DNA of 63,157 bases, filler included, from Octopus bimaculoides (GCF_001194135.2; 9 parts of 9 records of this genome joined end to end with filler, not necessarily neighbours in it); one strand, 5' to 3'. Counted from the first letter of the whole stretch, positions 1 to 11,988 are shown. Notes: a model not told the origin generated them from the letters alone. Numbers and translations: made by a program.

Positions 1-66
<66 letters not shown>

Positions 67-929
67 GTTTGCGTGTGTGTATGCGTGTGTATGTGTATGT
101 GTGTGTTAGAGACAGAGAGAGAGAATGAGGGAGGCAGAGACAGTGTGCGTGTTGGTGTGTATGCGTTGCGTTTGTTTGTATATTTGTATAAGCGTGTGTT
201 AATATGTATAATGCTACAATGATCTTAAACAGAGATTGTTACAAAAATGTATACACTTAAGCATTTCGATATATTACACAAAAATATAATATATCCATCG
301 TGTGGTGAATAGAATATATATAAAATTTATTTCAGTTGTTTTCCTCAATAAACAAAACTATAATAATACAATTTCATGAATACATAAACACATTTTATAT
401 TACGCGTGTGCATCTAAGACAGTAAACTGGCAGAATCGTTATCATGCAGGACAAAATGCTTAGCGGCATTTCCTCCATCTTCACAGTTGATAAAAGTGCT
501 AGCTGCGTGCTCGAGTCGATTTAATCGACTTATCCTACCCCTGAATGTTCTGGCCTTGTACTAAATTTTGAAACCTGTGTATCAAAGGCGATGAGCTGGC
601 AGATTTGTGTGCACGCCGGGCAAAATTCTTTGCGGCATTTCTCTCGTATTTACATTCTGAATTCAAATTTCACTGTGGTCGACTTTGCTTTTCCTGTTTC
701 CGGGATCGATGAAATAAGTACCAGTTGAACACAAAGGTCAATATAATCGAACACTCCCACTCCTGAAATTAAAGGTCTTATGCGAAAATTTGAAATCATC
801 CTTATATGTGTGACATAAGGCGGTGGGTGTTCAGAATCTTAAGCACGTCGGACAAAATGTCACTAATAATTTTCTCCGGTGATCGAAGATATAAAATGCG
901 ATCTACGTGAAAATAAAGGTAAGGTTATA

Positions 930-1110
930 TCACAAAATGTTTAGGGATTCCTTCAAACATAGCCAACAAGGAGCATGCTCGATCTGGTATGGAGAGCCAG
1001 AGACTATAAGGGACCATGTTATGCTGTATGGTATCTTCATACTCTTAATGTAATGCACTTGGTCAGCTAGATAAGTGAATTTGCTCTGCTCTTCAAACTT
1101 CAACGAATCT
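930..1110 (-). mobile_element. Penelope-like element, C-terminal end of GIY-YIG endonuclease (fragment)
   Basis: Minus-strand ORF ends ...TYLADQVHYIKSMKIPYSITWSLIVSGSPYQIEHAPCWLCLKESLNIL, which fits the PLE endonuclease tail pattern T.LS..IW.LK..I.W.I...Y....C.LCL.EK..I. Confidence 0.7.
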
Positions 1111-1209
1111 AGATCGTTGCTTGAAATCAATCGTAGATCCAAAAGAGTGCTTAAAAAGATCATCAAAAAATACCTTAGGAATGAGAATCCAGGTTCAAAA
1201 TTTCCCAAA

Positions 1210-1255
1210 GAGACCTGATGAAAGCTGGAGGTTATATCAGCCGAAACGTTGATTT
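1210..1255 (+). ncRNA. Minimal type I hammerhead ribozyme (slightly degenerate), PLE-associated
   Basis: CTGATGA (1215-1221), stem II GCTGG/TCAGC, then GAAAC-GTT with a palindromic loopless helix III (AACGTT) and a partial helix I. Confidence 0.7.
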
Positions 1256-1329
1256 AACAACAAACAAGATGAGGACAAATATCCGCCAAATGGAAATAAT
1301 ATAAATAATGAACTTTCTAGCTTCTATTT

Positions 1330-2340
1330 TATTAGGATTCTTATCGTCAGTACTTATTTCGTCACTATCGATTTGGTTGTAAAATCTCTTCTTGTCACTC
1401 TCAAATAATTTATTTTGTTGATACTGATTTATTCCTTTCTGGTAACTCGATTGAATACCGGTTACTGCTATGATACGCTGTTTTCACTCTTCTACTACTG
1501 TCCCAAATCTTTTTCCTTTGAATAAGTATCTTTTCTCGGGGGAAGATTTGCATCTTATGTTTCCTAACTTGTTTGTTTTCTAGGCTTCTATTTTACTCAG
1601 AACTTATCATAAAGTCTTCCCTTAATTCTGTAGTCTCCTTTTCCACATTTACTCTTTTTAATCCTTCTCTTTGAAATATTTAATCTCCTAGTGACTACTA
1701 ACCCTCCTCCATAGATAAATTAGCTAGTGACTCCAATATTTTTGGTATCTATCCTATTTATTATAGAATCTACTTCCCTAATCATCTCTAGCAGCTTCCT
1801 TCTGTTGGTACCTTTTAATGCTGGCGAATTTTATCACTTAAGTGACTGGTTCCAGTTGTTCATTCTTTATTGGTAGCGCTATTATTAATTTTTCTTTTAG
1901 GTTCTTCTTTCGTTTGAGCTGTATCTCTGATGCTGTTTGTCTTTCCGACTGACTGGGATTTCTTTTGCAGTTCTCTTGTGATCTCTTTTACCGGCAATTC
2001 TCTCATCGACTTTCTTCTTATAGTATTAGCTTAATAATCTAATCTCAGCTCAGTCACTTTAAACCTACTCTTCTCAACCCAAAGTGTTAACATTCGTTTT
2101 CTATCGCCCCTTCTTTTAGGTTCACTTTCTAAGTAGCACTGCATCTCTTTTCTTCGCTGGTCTACATCCATCTCTTTGCTGTATTATCTGCAGATGCTGT
2201 ATTATGATAACTGTTGTGGACAGTCTGCGTCTTTAATGAACCACTGTCTAGCGAGAGGTCCTGCTTCATTTTCGGAGACATGTCTGTCGCAAACTAAGCT
2301 AAGGTAACGTTCGTCATTATAGTCATCATATCTATCATTT
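1330..2340 (-). mobile_element. R4/Dong-clade non-LTR retrotransposon, N-terminal ORF region (decayed)
   Basis: Manual translation gives EMQCYLESEPKRRGDRKRMLTLWVEKSRFKVTELRLDY*ANTIRR, matching the R4-type N-terminal motif CY..S.P..RGYRKRM...W....EQRL.DQ...I; many stops and frameshifts. Confidence 0.65.
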
Positions 2341-2660
2341 TTCGACATCTGATAGTTTCAATTAACTTTCTATTGCATTATTTTTGTGCACCTCTGTTCT
2401 GACAGGGTTGTGTGTGCAGCCTTTTTTTTTTGTTTTGGTGGTGGAGGATATTGTATTATATCAAGACGTTTTGTTATGGAATTTCGTTTGAGTGTTCTGT
2501 TGCATTAGTCTGATTATATTGTGCGTTGTTCGTGCAGCGCAGGTTGTGTACTTCTGTCGGTGTTGGCCTTCTATGACACATGTTGGGTTTTTTTTCAGTT
2601 TTCTTTTTGTATTTACAGCATGAGTTTATTTTTGTATGTCCTTGCTGGGCTGTTGCATAG

Positions 2661-2755
<95 letters not shown>

Positions 2756-2800
2756 TGTGTATGTCTGTCTGTGCGCGTGTGTGTGTGTGTGTGTGTGTGT
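2661..2800. repeat. (GT)n microsatellite
   Basis: Direct reading. Confidence 0.98.
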
Positions 2801-2929
2801 AACTCATAAATCAACTATTTTATAGTATTTATTTATGATTATCCGTCCGCCGTTCTTCCACTTGTTGTTGGTTTTGTTATGAATACCGTTAATCATTATT
2901 TATTATTCGTACCATGCTATTTGTTCTTT

Positions 2930-5352
2930 TTAGCTATCTAATACTTGCCTGATTATTCTGGCCGTGACAAAGAGGCAAAATATTTGTAACAGTTCTATTG
3001 TGTACGCTATTCCAATTTCATCTATATTTGTTTTGATGTCTTCTGATACTGTTCCCAGGGACCCAACAATGAATGTTACTATCCTCAATTTCCATAGCTG
3101 GGATATTGCGTATTCAAGAGTGTTGTATCTATATATCTTTTCGCCTGCTTTCTAAAATACTCGTGAGTCAAAGGGGAATGCAACAACTATATAGCATATA
3201 TGGTGCACCTTGTCCACCAACACTAGATCCGGTCTGTTATACTCTGGTACCTGACCTGTATGCGTTTTGGAAATCCCAGGTCATTTCGCTAGTCTCTGAC
3301 TCCGCCATTTTCTGCGGTTTGTGTTCATACCATGTCTTGCCGCTCTCTAGCTCCCACTTTTCACAGTTTCCAATGTAGCGCTTTCGCTACCTGATCGTGT
3401 CGCCACAATTTGTAGCGGTGTGGAGCATGTCTAGGGGATTCATTTGTGTTATGGACAATGGTCTCATCCACTATATTGCAGATGCGGCACAACGTGGACA
3501 CTTGCTCATTGCTGAGGTTGACACTCCAGTTCGTGGCCAAACCTTGGTCTTGCATTGCCGGTATAATGCTCTCAGTCTCTTTTTTCAAGAGTTCATCGGC
3601 CAATCTTACCTTTTTTTTTCAGCAACGTCTATTGTGACTACATGGAATTGATTGTTTAGTCCCTTCTTGCGTAATTCTATACATATCCGTTTTCTACTTC
3701 TTCCTTTGCTTTTCTTGTTTCTCTTCACTCAAATCTGGCTCGTTCCTAACTGCCACTATCAAAGTTTCTTTCCTATGGGCTAGATATCTCATTAAGCTCT
3801 CGAGTTTGATACGGACGCAGTCTAACAGATTTATGAATCCCCTAACTTCAATTGCTCTCTTCATGCACAGGCGATGTCTGCACGTGGATGATGGGTTCCA
3901 TGCATCGTTAGGAGCTTTCTTGCCATCCTTTATCTTGGTCAGTTGTTGTTCCAGTTTTAGTTTAGATTTCAGTTCTATTACAGCTTTCCTTCATAATTGT
4001 TAAGTACTATGACCTCTTTTGGTATTTGTCAGCTTCCTTAAAGATTGAAAACACAACTCTGCGTGCCTTCGTTACGTGCTGTGGTTTGTTGTGATGCTCT
4101 AATTTTTAATGTATTGAAAGTGTTTTACATAGGATGTTTGCCTAGTTGTGCTATTTTTGTATATGTAAGCTTCCTTAATGAATGAAAACCGTTTTTTTTT
4201 TGTTCGTGTTTTGTGGCTATTTGTATTAGTTTTCCTTACTTATGAAGTAGGTAATTCTGTAGTCCTATGGTGGTTAATATGTAATAGTTTTCTAGCTGTA
4301 TAAGGCCTCTACCAACTTTGATATATCGTATGTATAACATTTCTAAGTCAGATTTTGAAGGGTGAACCCAGAATCCTGTCATTATTTTTCTTGTTTTCCT
4401 GTCTGTTTTGATTAGTTCATTTAGAATAAAGTTAAGAGCATTGTAGCTGTGACTTATAACTGGGACGGCTGGAGTGTTGATAACTATCATTTTGATTTTC
4501 GCAATGAGCTCTGTTTTTCGTATTAATCTAACTCCTCTATCGTATTCTTTTCTTATCTTCTCTTTCATTTGTCTATGTTGCATCGTATCTTGTTCCTAAG
4601 TATTTGTATGTCTGGCTTTGGTCTAATTTTCTTATTTCATTTATCTAACGTGATGTTGTTACTCTTAACTAGTTTTGCTCTTTTCAAAGTTGCTTTGGCA
4701 CGTTTTCCTAAGCCAATTCTCATGTTTATTTCTTTGGTAAATCCATGTAACTTCTTTAGTAATGTTTCCAGCCGTTTATCATGTAACAGTTTTAGGTCAT
4801 CCATACATAAGGGATGACATGTTGTTTTGTCGTAACAGTTATATCCACATCCAGTTCTGTTTAGCATGTCAGATAAAAGTGTCAGACCCAAGCAGAAGAG
4901 GAGTTGAGAGAGCGTGTCTCCCTTGAATATTTCTTTTCTAACGTGGTTGGCATTGATTTCTATGAGTCCCTCTTTTTGTCTGAAGTTGTAGCATTGCTTG
5001 CCATTTATTCATAGAATGTGTTATATATTTCATGATTTTTTATGCTACCTTGTTGATCCCTAGAGTTTCTAGGATCTATGTGTGGAGAATAATCGGTCCA
5101 GGCCATACTTAGACACTTCTTCTTTCTGAGGCTGTCTTCAGTTATGTCTTTATTGATCAGTTGCTGATATTTGGAACTGCATGAGACCTTGCAGTATCCC
5201 ATTTGCTCATCTGAAAACAGGTTGGTTTCTTCCAGATGTTTGCTCATTTTCTACGATATTATTGCAGTAAAGGGTTTGTAAATTCTAGGGAGACAAGTTA
5301 TCGATCTGTAATTTTGTGGGTTTGCCATTTCAGTGGATTTGGGAAATAGGAT
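2930..5352 (-). mobile_element. R4/Dong-clade non-LTR retrotransposon, 5'-truncated RT + CCHC + restriction-like endonuclease pseudogene
   Basis: Minus-strand pieces: NPQNYRSITCL..YK; LSMAWTDY; LLNRTGCGY..HPLCMDDLKL; KKETESIIPAMQDQ; CRIC..ETIVH..RHDQVAKALHWKL; TWYEHKP; NRPDLVLVDK; IVGSLG; TARIIRQVLDS* (stop at about 2930). Frameshifted throughout. Confidence 0.9.
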
Positions 5353-5400
5353 ATAATAATAATAACAACAACAACAATAATAATTATTATTATTATTACT

Positions 5401-5435
<35 letters not shown>
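5352..5435. repeat. Compound (AAT)/(AAC)/(ATT) microsatellite
   Basis: Direct reading; abuts the 5' truncation point of the R4 element. Confidence 0.95.
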
Positions 5436-5512
5436 TGGCTCCCGTGGCTTCTAATCTTAACGGATTGGAAGTGTTATCATGTAAATTGCTTTGTCTTGGT
5501 ATAAAAGGATGA
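5436..5512 (+). mobile_element. Terminal fragment of the ~550-bp (AAT)n-associated element family
   Basis: gtggcttctaatcttaacggattggaagtgttatcatgtaaattgctttgtcttggtataaaag is the reverse complement of the right end of the 11248-11804 copy. Confidence 0.8.
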
Positions 5513-5587
5513 TCTATTGCGTGAGGCAATCAGGCATTGTCTGTAGCACTGCTAGTATTTCATTAATTTTCTCTAATTTACGTGTTC

Positions 5588-5665
5588 CTTCTTCTTCTTC
5601 TTCTTCTTCTTCTTCTTCTTCTTCTTCTTCTTCTTCTTCTTCTTCTTCTTCTTCTTCTTCTTCTT
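5588..5665. repeat. (CTT)n microsatellite
   Basis: Direct reading. Confidence 0.98.
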
Positions 5666-5789
5666 NNNNNNNNNNNNNNNNNNNNNNNNNNNNNNNNNNN
5701 NNNNNNNNNTTAATTAATTAANNNNNNNNNNNNNNNNNNNNNNNNNNNNNNNNNNNNNNNNNNNNATATATATATATATATATATAATC

Positions 5790-6300
5790 ATATCAAAGGG
5801 AAATGGAAACTAATAAAAATTTTCACTTCCAAGTGGCCTAGCATATAAAAGTTTAGTCTAAAGACTATGAATTACTCATAAGGTGCAATGTATATTTAAA
5901 TACATAAGAGGAATCCACTCATGGGATCCCTTGCGCTAGAAAGAACAGCTAGGTTCTAGAACCACAAAATTAGGGATAAAATCTCGAAAGGAACGAAATG
6001 AAAAATAAAACTTTTACCATTTCTTCTCCTAGACCAAACTGGTTTCTGCCTTTAGTTTAGCAAATAAGATAATTTGCTAGGTGGAGTCGTTTTCAACTGA
6101 AATATATAAACACGAGGCATCAATTCAATGCCTCTCGTTTATATATCCTAATTTTTTCAGATCTTCTGCGCAGGCGCAGTTCTTCGCCGTCAATAAAAAA
6201 TGCCAACTTTTAAAATTCGAAAATTATCCAAAAAACTTATAATGCTTAATTATATCAAAGGGAAATGGAAATTAATAAAAATGTTCACTTCCAAGTGGCC
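5790..6300 (-). mobile_element. 462-bp unit with 49-bp terminal direct repeats; probable PLE pseudo-LTR or retrozyme-like unit
   Basis: atatcaaagggaaatggaaaYtaataaaaatKttcacttccaagtggcc at 5790-5838 and 6252-6300; internal long hairpin at 6102-6146 bracketed by degenerate hammerhead core motifs on the minus strand. Confidence 0.55.
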
Positions 6301-6319
6301 TGTATGTATGTATACATAT

Positions 6320-6450
6320 ATTTATGTATGAATACGGTGAGCTTCTTTCAGTTTCCGTCTGCCAAATCTACTCACAAGGCTTTGGTGGCCCACTTGCCTA
6401 AGGTGCCACGCAGTGGGACTGAACCCGGAACCATGTGGTTGAGAATTTCG
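6320..6450 (-). mobile_element. tRNA-derived CORE-type SINE (family B), partial
   Basis: Reverse complement of the head/CORE region shared with 14349-14727. Confidence 0.85.
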
Positions 6451-6573
6451 TATACAGGAAACTACTCAGAAAGTTGGGTGGTTACGAAGGGTTCAGCATC
6501 TGTTGGATTCTTTGAAGCAACAATTTTCCGTGGTCCAGCGATCCCTGAAACCACTCGGTGTTTCTGTTTAAAA

Positions 6574-7140
6574 CAGTGATTCTCAACCGGAGTTCATATA
6601 ATGTTGGGGAGGGATCTATGAAAGCAAAATAGTAAATTGGTTTGCTACAGTAGTATTGTAAGGGTCCATGAAAAGATTTTATACTAGATATATCTATGTA
6701 TTACAAGAAACAGTTGTTTCTTTTTCTAACGGTATATATAACTCAGTGTTTCCATCCACTGAAACCTCGGTCATTAGCTATTGCAAACTTACACAAGTGA
6801 ACGTATGAAAAACAAAATAGGGATTTTGGAAAGAAGAATCCATAAAACTAGCTTTTAACCTTTTAGTATTCAGATTACTCTGTCAAATGCTATGCTTGTT
6901 TATTCAAACCATTTTGAATTAATCAAACTTTATCTTGTAGCTTTGAAATTTCGATGGTATGACTGTTTATGTTTATAAGGACATTGTAGAGTAGGTGTGA
7001 GAGGCTGGATCTCGCCAGTTCGAATATAAAACAGCAAGAACATGTTGGCCTGATATGGCTGGTTTAAACGCTTATGGGTGAAATATAAAATGGTTACGGG
7101 GGTCCATCAAAATGAAATAGGAATGAAAGGGGTCATAGTT
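6574..7140 (+). mobile_element. hAT-type MITE, interrupted and 3'-decayed
   Basis: Starts CAGTGATTCTCAACC; internal ggggtccat motifs as in the 16287-16534 MITE. Confidence 0.5.
6855..7082. mobile_element. piggyBac-like MITE nested in the hAT MITE
   Basis: Ends TTAA-CCttttagtatt ... aacgcttatGGG-TGAA, i.e. decayed TTAA-CCC/GGG-TTAA terminal inverted repeats. Confidence 0.5.
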
Positions 7141-7987
7141 GATTATGCTGACCCCCAGTGTTCAACTAGCCGTTATTTCATCGATCCCGAAAGGATGGAA
7201 GACAATGTTGTCCTCGGCTGAATTTGAACTCAGGATCAAATAGTTGACTGGTACTTTATTTTATCGACCATGAAACGAGATAGTAGTGGTGGTGGCGGCG
7301 GTGGTGATGGTTTTTTTGGTTAACTCTACGTCAACCACATGATATAATTTACCTAAGACTACATTATTAAATGTCTCCTCGCTTTTACTTGTTTTCTTTT
7401 TGAAGACGATAATGCATGACTTGAGAGAGACTTGGCTACTATTTCTAGCAAACTGAATGACTATATAGAGGCTTCCCATATTGGCACTGAGAGTGGAGAG
7501 CGGCAGACTTCCAGTGTTAAATGGCTGCAACATAGCAATATTGTTGTTGCCAGATGAAACATTCTCGACTAACATTGTACAACAAGCAATATGTTATTTA
7601 TGTCTCATAGCGTTTGTGTTTGTTTGGTGATGCTATTTAGAGGGTCTCCATTCTTTTGAATGTCGATGTTAAAAGTCTGTCATTACTATTTGTGGTAGTT
7701 GCTACTATTTATATATCTGCCATTGCTGCTTATGTAATTCTTTGCGCTACAGATATCCGTAATGGGACGAATGATACTTTATGGCTGTTTATTTATTTAT
7801 TTATTTAAGATGTCACTGGCTGGGATTTTCATGTTCACAAGAGTTTGCGTGTGTATGCGAGAAAGAGAGGGAGAGCAAACGTATATACGTATATGTATAT
7901 ACAATACATATATAAACATATAGAGATACACACATACACACATATATATACATATCTGTGTATGTATATATGTATGTGTGTATGTTA

Positions 7988-8019
<32 letters not shown>

Positions 8020-8028
8020 ATATGTATA

Positions 8029-8108
<80 letters not shown>

Positions 8109-8529
8109 TATNNNNNNNNNNNNNNNNNNNNNNNNNNNNNNNNNNNNNNNNNNNNNNNNNNNNNNNNNNNNNNNNNNNNNNNNNNNNNNNNNNNNNNNNN
8201 NNNNNNNNNNNNNNNNNNNNNNNNNNNNNNNNNNNNNNNNNATATTATATATATATATATATTTAAATATATGCACACACACATACTCATATATATTTAC
8301 ACGCATGTATTATGAATATAGGCAGAACCTTGATTCTGTGTTCTTTAAAATCTTGTAACAAGGAATTCCGTACCGCGAAAACTGTCTTCTCATTGATTTT
8401 TATATTATAATTTAAGAAACGCTCCGACGTCATTTTTTTCTTTTTACTTTCTTTCTTTCTTCCTTTTATTTATTTATTTATTGTTTGTTTGTTTGATAAA
8501 GAATACATTGAAATTGAAATATTTAAACT

Positions 8530-9400
8530 CACACACCGCAGAATATTCATTCATAAATGCCTTTAGGAATAAATAAGAACATAGTAACATCATTATACGA
8601 CGATGTGTCTTTACTACAAAATAAGTTGATAACTGTGTGGCAGGTGCTGGTACAATGGAAATTAATGAGAGGAAGAGAGGTACTACCTTCTGTAATGTGG
8701 AATTATCTTCATCACTATCCGCTACATGACGGTAGAACTTATGCAAAGTGGTTTGGCGTTTACAGTCTTGACGTTTACAGTCTTGCCAAGGAACTGAAGT
8801 AACTGTGAACTGGCAGTTTCGTTTCAGCCCATCACTCGATTATATTTCCTCACTGCTTCCATAATCTTGAATTATTCCAGTAGCTTCCAACAGTAGGTTT
8901 ATCCTCCCTGTCAACTACTTTTGTGAATGGTTTATAAGTTCTTTTCAGATTATATGCGTTGATTGGTAAACTGAGTAGAAAAGTTGTATTCGTGGGGATA
9001 TATTCCACTCTCACATTATCAGAAAGATTATAATAAAACATTGATTGGTTCAGTGTGTTGTCTAAAAAGAGAAAAACGCTGTTACACTGTACCTACCTAC
9101 AGTAGAGCAAAAAAGTTTGTCAACCAGTTTTGGAAAAGGCAGAAAATCACACGGAGATGAAATCTGGAATGGCTTTTTAAGTATTCGAATTTTGGAAGTG
9201 CAGTTAGACAAGTAGGAACTTCAATTTTATGTCACCAGAAGTATTTCTTCGTACCAAAAAGTTCAGATGATCTTTGGTATTTTTTAATTAAGGCCTGCTG
9301 CTAATTTGCCTTCTTTAAGAAATGAATTTCCTAGTCGGCATAAGCGTCCTAAATTATGGTATCAAGCGGAGAATACTTTTCATAGTTGGTAATAAAACCG
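8530..9400 (-). mobile_element. pogo/Tigger-like DDE transposase remnant
   Basis: Frameshifted minus-strand peptides MPTRKFISKEGKLAAG..KDHLNFLVRRNTSGDIKLKFLLV, NVRVEYIPTNTT, DREDKPTVGSYW and TQLSTYF resemble Tigger/pogo DDE_1 and C-terminal motifs. Confidence 0.7.
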
Positions 9401-9433
9401 ATTTGAATCATGGAACTTCATCAGAGTGGAAAA

Positions 9434-9464
<31 letters not shown>

Positions 9465-10779
9465 AATGAAGAGACAAGAAAAGAAGAAGGAAAGGTTGAA
9501 TATGGTGAGAGTCATGTCATGTTGCGTTTAGAGCCATTGGACGATAAGTAAATGACCAAAATATAAAATAAAAGGGGTATTTGGTGGGTATTTGTACGGA
9601 GGGTGCATAGTTTAGAAAAATAATAGCTACTTACGCAGATAGGATAGGTAAAAAGAGGAGTAAAAATACAATACAGTGTTAGAAATAATAATTACGTTTA
9701 TAGTACTTACGTTTATTTACCATAATAAATTGCTTATCGATTTAATATAATTTTTCACTTACTACTAGTAGGCATTTCAATCAATCCACCTATTGTCCAA
9801 AGTAGGTAAATTATTAATAAATAATAATTGATGTATATCAATTGTTGGTCATCAATGTTATCTCCGTTTTTCGTTTTCTTTAAATTTTGATTCCTGATAA
9901 ACTCCTGTTTATCTTTGTCTTAACCTGTCATTTTTGCCCATGTTTAAATATAGTTAATATACCGGTAGTATTTTGAATACTTTTATCCCTTAGACGGTTA
10001 TTTTAACCTCTAACTCAACTAACCTTTTATATATATATTTACTATGTGTGTGTGTGTGTGTGTGTGTTAATTCAGATCAATTATATGTGAAGGCACGCGC
10101 GCCACATGCACCGTCGGACATATATATATATATATTTCTGGGTTGTTTCCCCCATAGTTCCTTATCAGAATTAGTTCTGAAGACATTTTACGTCTTCGCT
10201 ACGAGTCCAGTTTCTATAAGTTTCTCTTGGCTTACTATATTATGTTAATAACGATTGAATTATGTTTTTCATGCAGATTGCTTCCATCCGTCGTTTTTGA
10301 GACACTTGTTCGTTGTCTTTATTCGCTACATCCCTATATGTATCATATAGTTTGTTAAGCTGTGTCAGCACTGATAAAACTGTGCTTCGATAAAGAGCTT
10401 TAAGAAGACCGAAACATATCAGAAGTTACAATCGTACATCTAAACAGTAATTGCCCTTTGAAAGCCTTTATATAAAGCCCTAAGATACAACTACTCAATA
10501 ACGTGCCAAAGATTTCATCTTTCGAGACTCGGTCTTATCAACACATTCACTCATTCAGCGAGCCGGATAAAAGTTTTGACAACCCTGTCCTGCTATATTT
10601 GGTTTTTTTGGGGGGTTTTTTTTTTTTTTGACGAGGGCTTGTCGTTTTTTTAAGAATCATCCATTTGCCTTCAAAAATTAACAAGAAAAGTCCATTCTAG
10701 AATATCCCTTGTTCTACACAGTTACTAGCATTTGCTGTAAGGTACATTGCCAAATGCGCTCAAATATGAAATTACTCAA

Positions 10780-10967
10780 TGACCTACATGAGTCGGCACT
10801 CACGATCTGAGCTCAAATCTCACCAAGCTCAGCTCGGCATTCATTATTTCGGGGTCGCTAAAATAAGTACCAGTTAAGCTTTAAGGTCGATGTAATCGAA
10901 GAGCCCCTGTCCCCAAATTTCAGGCCTTGTGCCTACAGAAGAAAGGACTATTATTAGCAGTAGCATG

Positions 10968-11033
<66 letters not shown>

Positions 11034-11225
11034 AAGCGGCGAGCTGGCAGAATCGTTACTGCGTCGGGAAAAATGCTTAGCAGCATTTCTTCCGACTTTA
11101 CGTTCTGAGTTCAAATGCTGCTGGGGTCGATAAAATAAGTACATATTGAACACTGGGGTCGATCACATCGACTTATCCCTTCCCCGGAATTACTTTCTTT
11201 ACGCCAAATTTTAAAACCATTATCA
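10780..11225 (+). mobile_element. Two tandem tRNA-derived SINEs (family A)
   Basis: A-box-like TGGCAGAATCGTTA, B-box-like GAGTTCAAAT, body ggggtcgataaaataagtac. Confidence 0.85.
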
Positions 11226-11247
11226 TTATTATTATTATTATTATTAT

Positions 11248-11803
11248 TGAGTGAGAGAGCAGCGCATGCCAGCAAAGTGACACTAGGTTACAATTATACG
11301 AAGCCCAATATACCTATCTTTACTGCCCGTCTGATAAGGGTACACCAAGCACATCCATCATAACTACATGTGCGCGACATGGTGATCTTATATCAAGATA
11401 AACAGCGCATGACATTGCAAGTGTGGCCCAGTTAGAATTTTCTTCAGGTTGAGTAGCCCATCATGTTCAAAAGGTCCCTGAATAAGGTTTGTTTAAGGAT
11501 GATGAACGAAACACCCATGTTTCCAGAGGTGAATTATTCAAACCCCAAATAATTACTCTCAACACATGGTTATGATGCTCCCCCACTACTTCTGCTCGTG
11601 ATCGGAGATGCACATATCGTTAGCCACCAAAGGACATGCTCAACTGGTTAAGGTCAAACAAGTGACAAGCAAAACTGTAGCATTGAGCAAAATATTTGGT
11701 GGAGCCCATCTTTTATACCAAGACAAAGCAATGTACATGATAACACTTCCAATCAGCTAAGATTAGAAGCCACGAGAGTCACTGCCTGGTATTGCATCAG
11801 GGC

Positions 11804-11804
<1 letters not shown>
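11248..11804. mobile_element. Unclassified ~550-bp non-coding element with TG...CA ends, flanked by (ATT)n on both sides
   Basis: Highly similar along its full length to 17138-17688; no ORF, no A/B boxes, no long TIR. Confidence 0.85.
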
Positions 11805-11837
<33 letters not shown>

Positions 11838-11924
11838 GCTGTGTTGCTGTTAATTATATAAGTATATAGACAGGCAGGCAGACAGAACATCTGACAGATA
11901 GACAGACTGACAGATGGATGGATG

Positions 11925-11927
<3 letters not shown>

Positions 11928-11987
<60 letters not shown>
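11928..11987. repeat. (GATA)n microsatellite
   Basis: Direct reading. Confidence 0.97.

Positions 11988-11988
<1 letters not shown>

Noticed and set aside
5710-5721. TTAATTAATTAA islands inside N runs (also 16199, 34103, 41783, 48217, 50727, 55397, 60695)
   Set aside because: Each is centred in a 100-bp block with 44 N on either side and encodes stops in all six frames. This is a scaffolding linker artefact, not biology.
7797-8358. Long ORFs rich in YI/CV/HT/X (this locus and many others, e.g. 28110-28782, 32831-33659, 53508-54795, 61688-62768)
   Set aside because: Translations of (AT)n, (GT)n and (CA)n microsatellites and N gaps.
9700-9960. Possible PLE thumb remnant
   Set aside because: Only an LPYFG-like word after assumed frameshifts; insufficient evidence.
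10365-10430. CTGATAA...GAAACATATC hammerhead-like words (similar at 16885-16930 and 28785-28830)
   Set aside because: The cores are mutated and I could not close helices I-II; these are at most decayed remnants.
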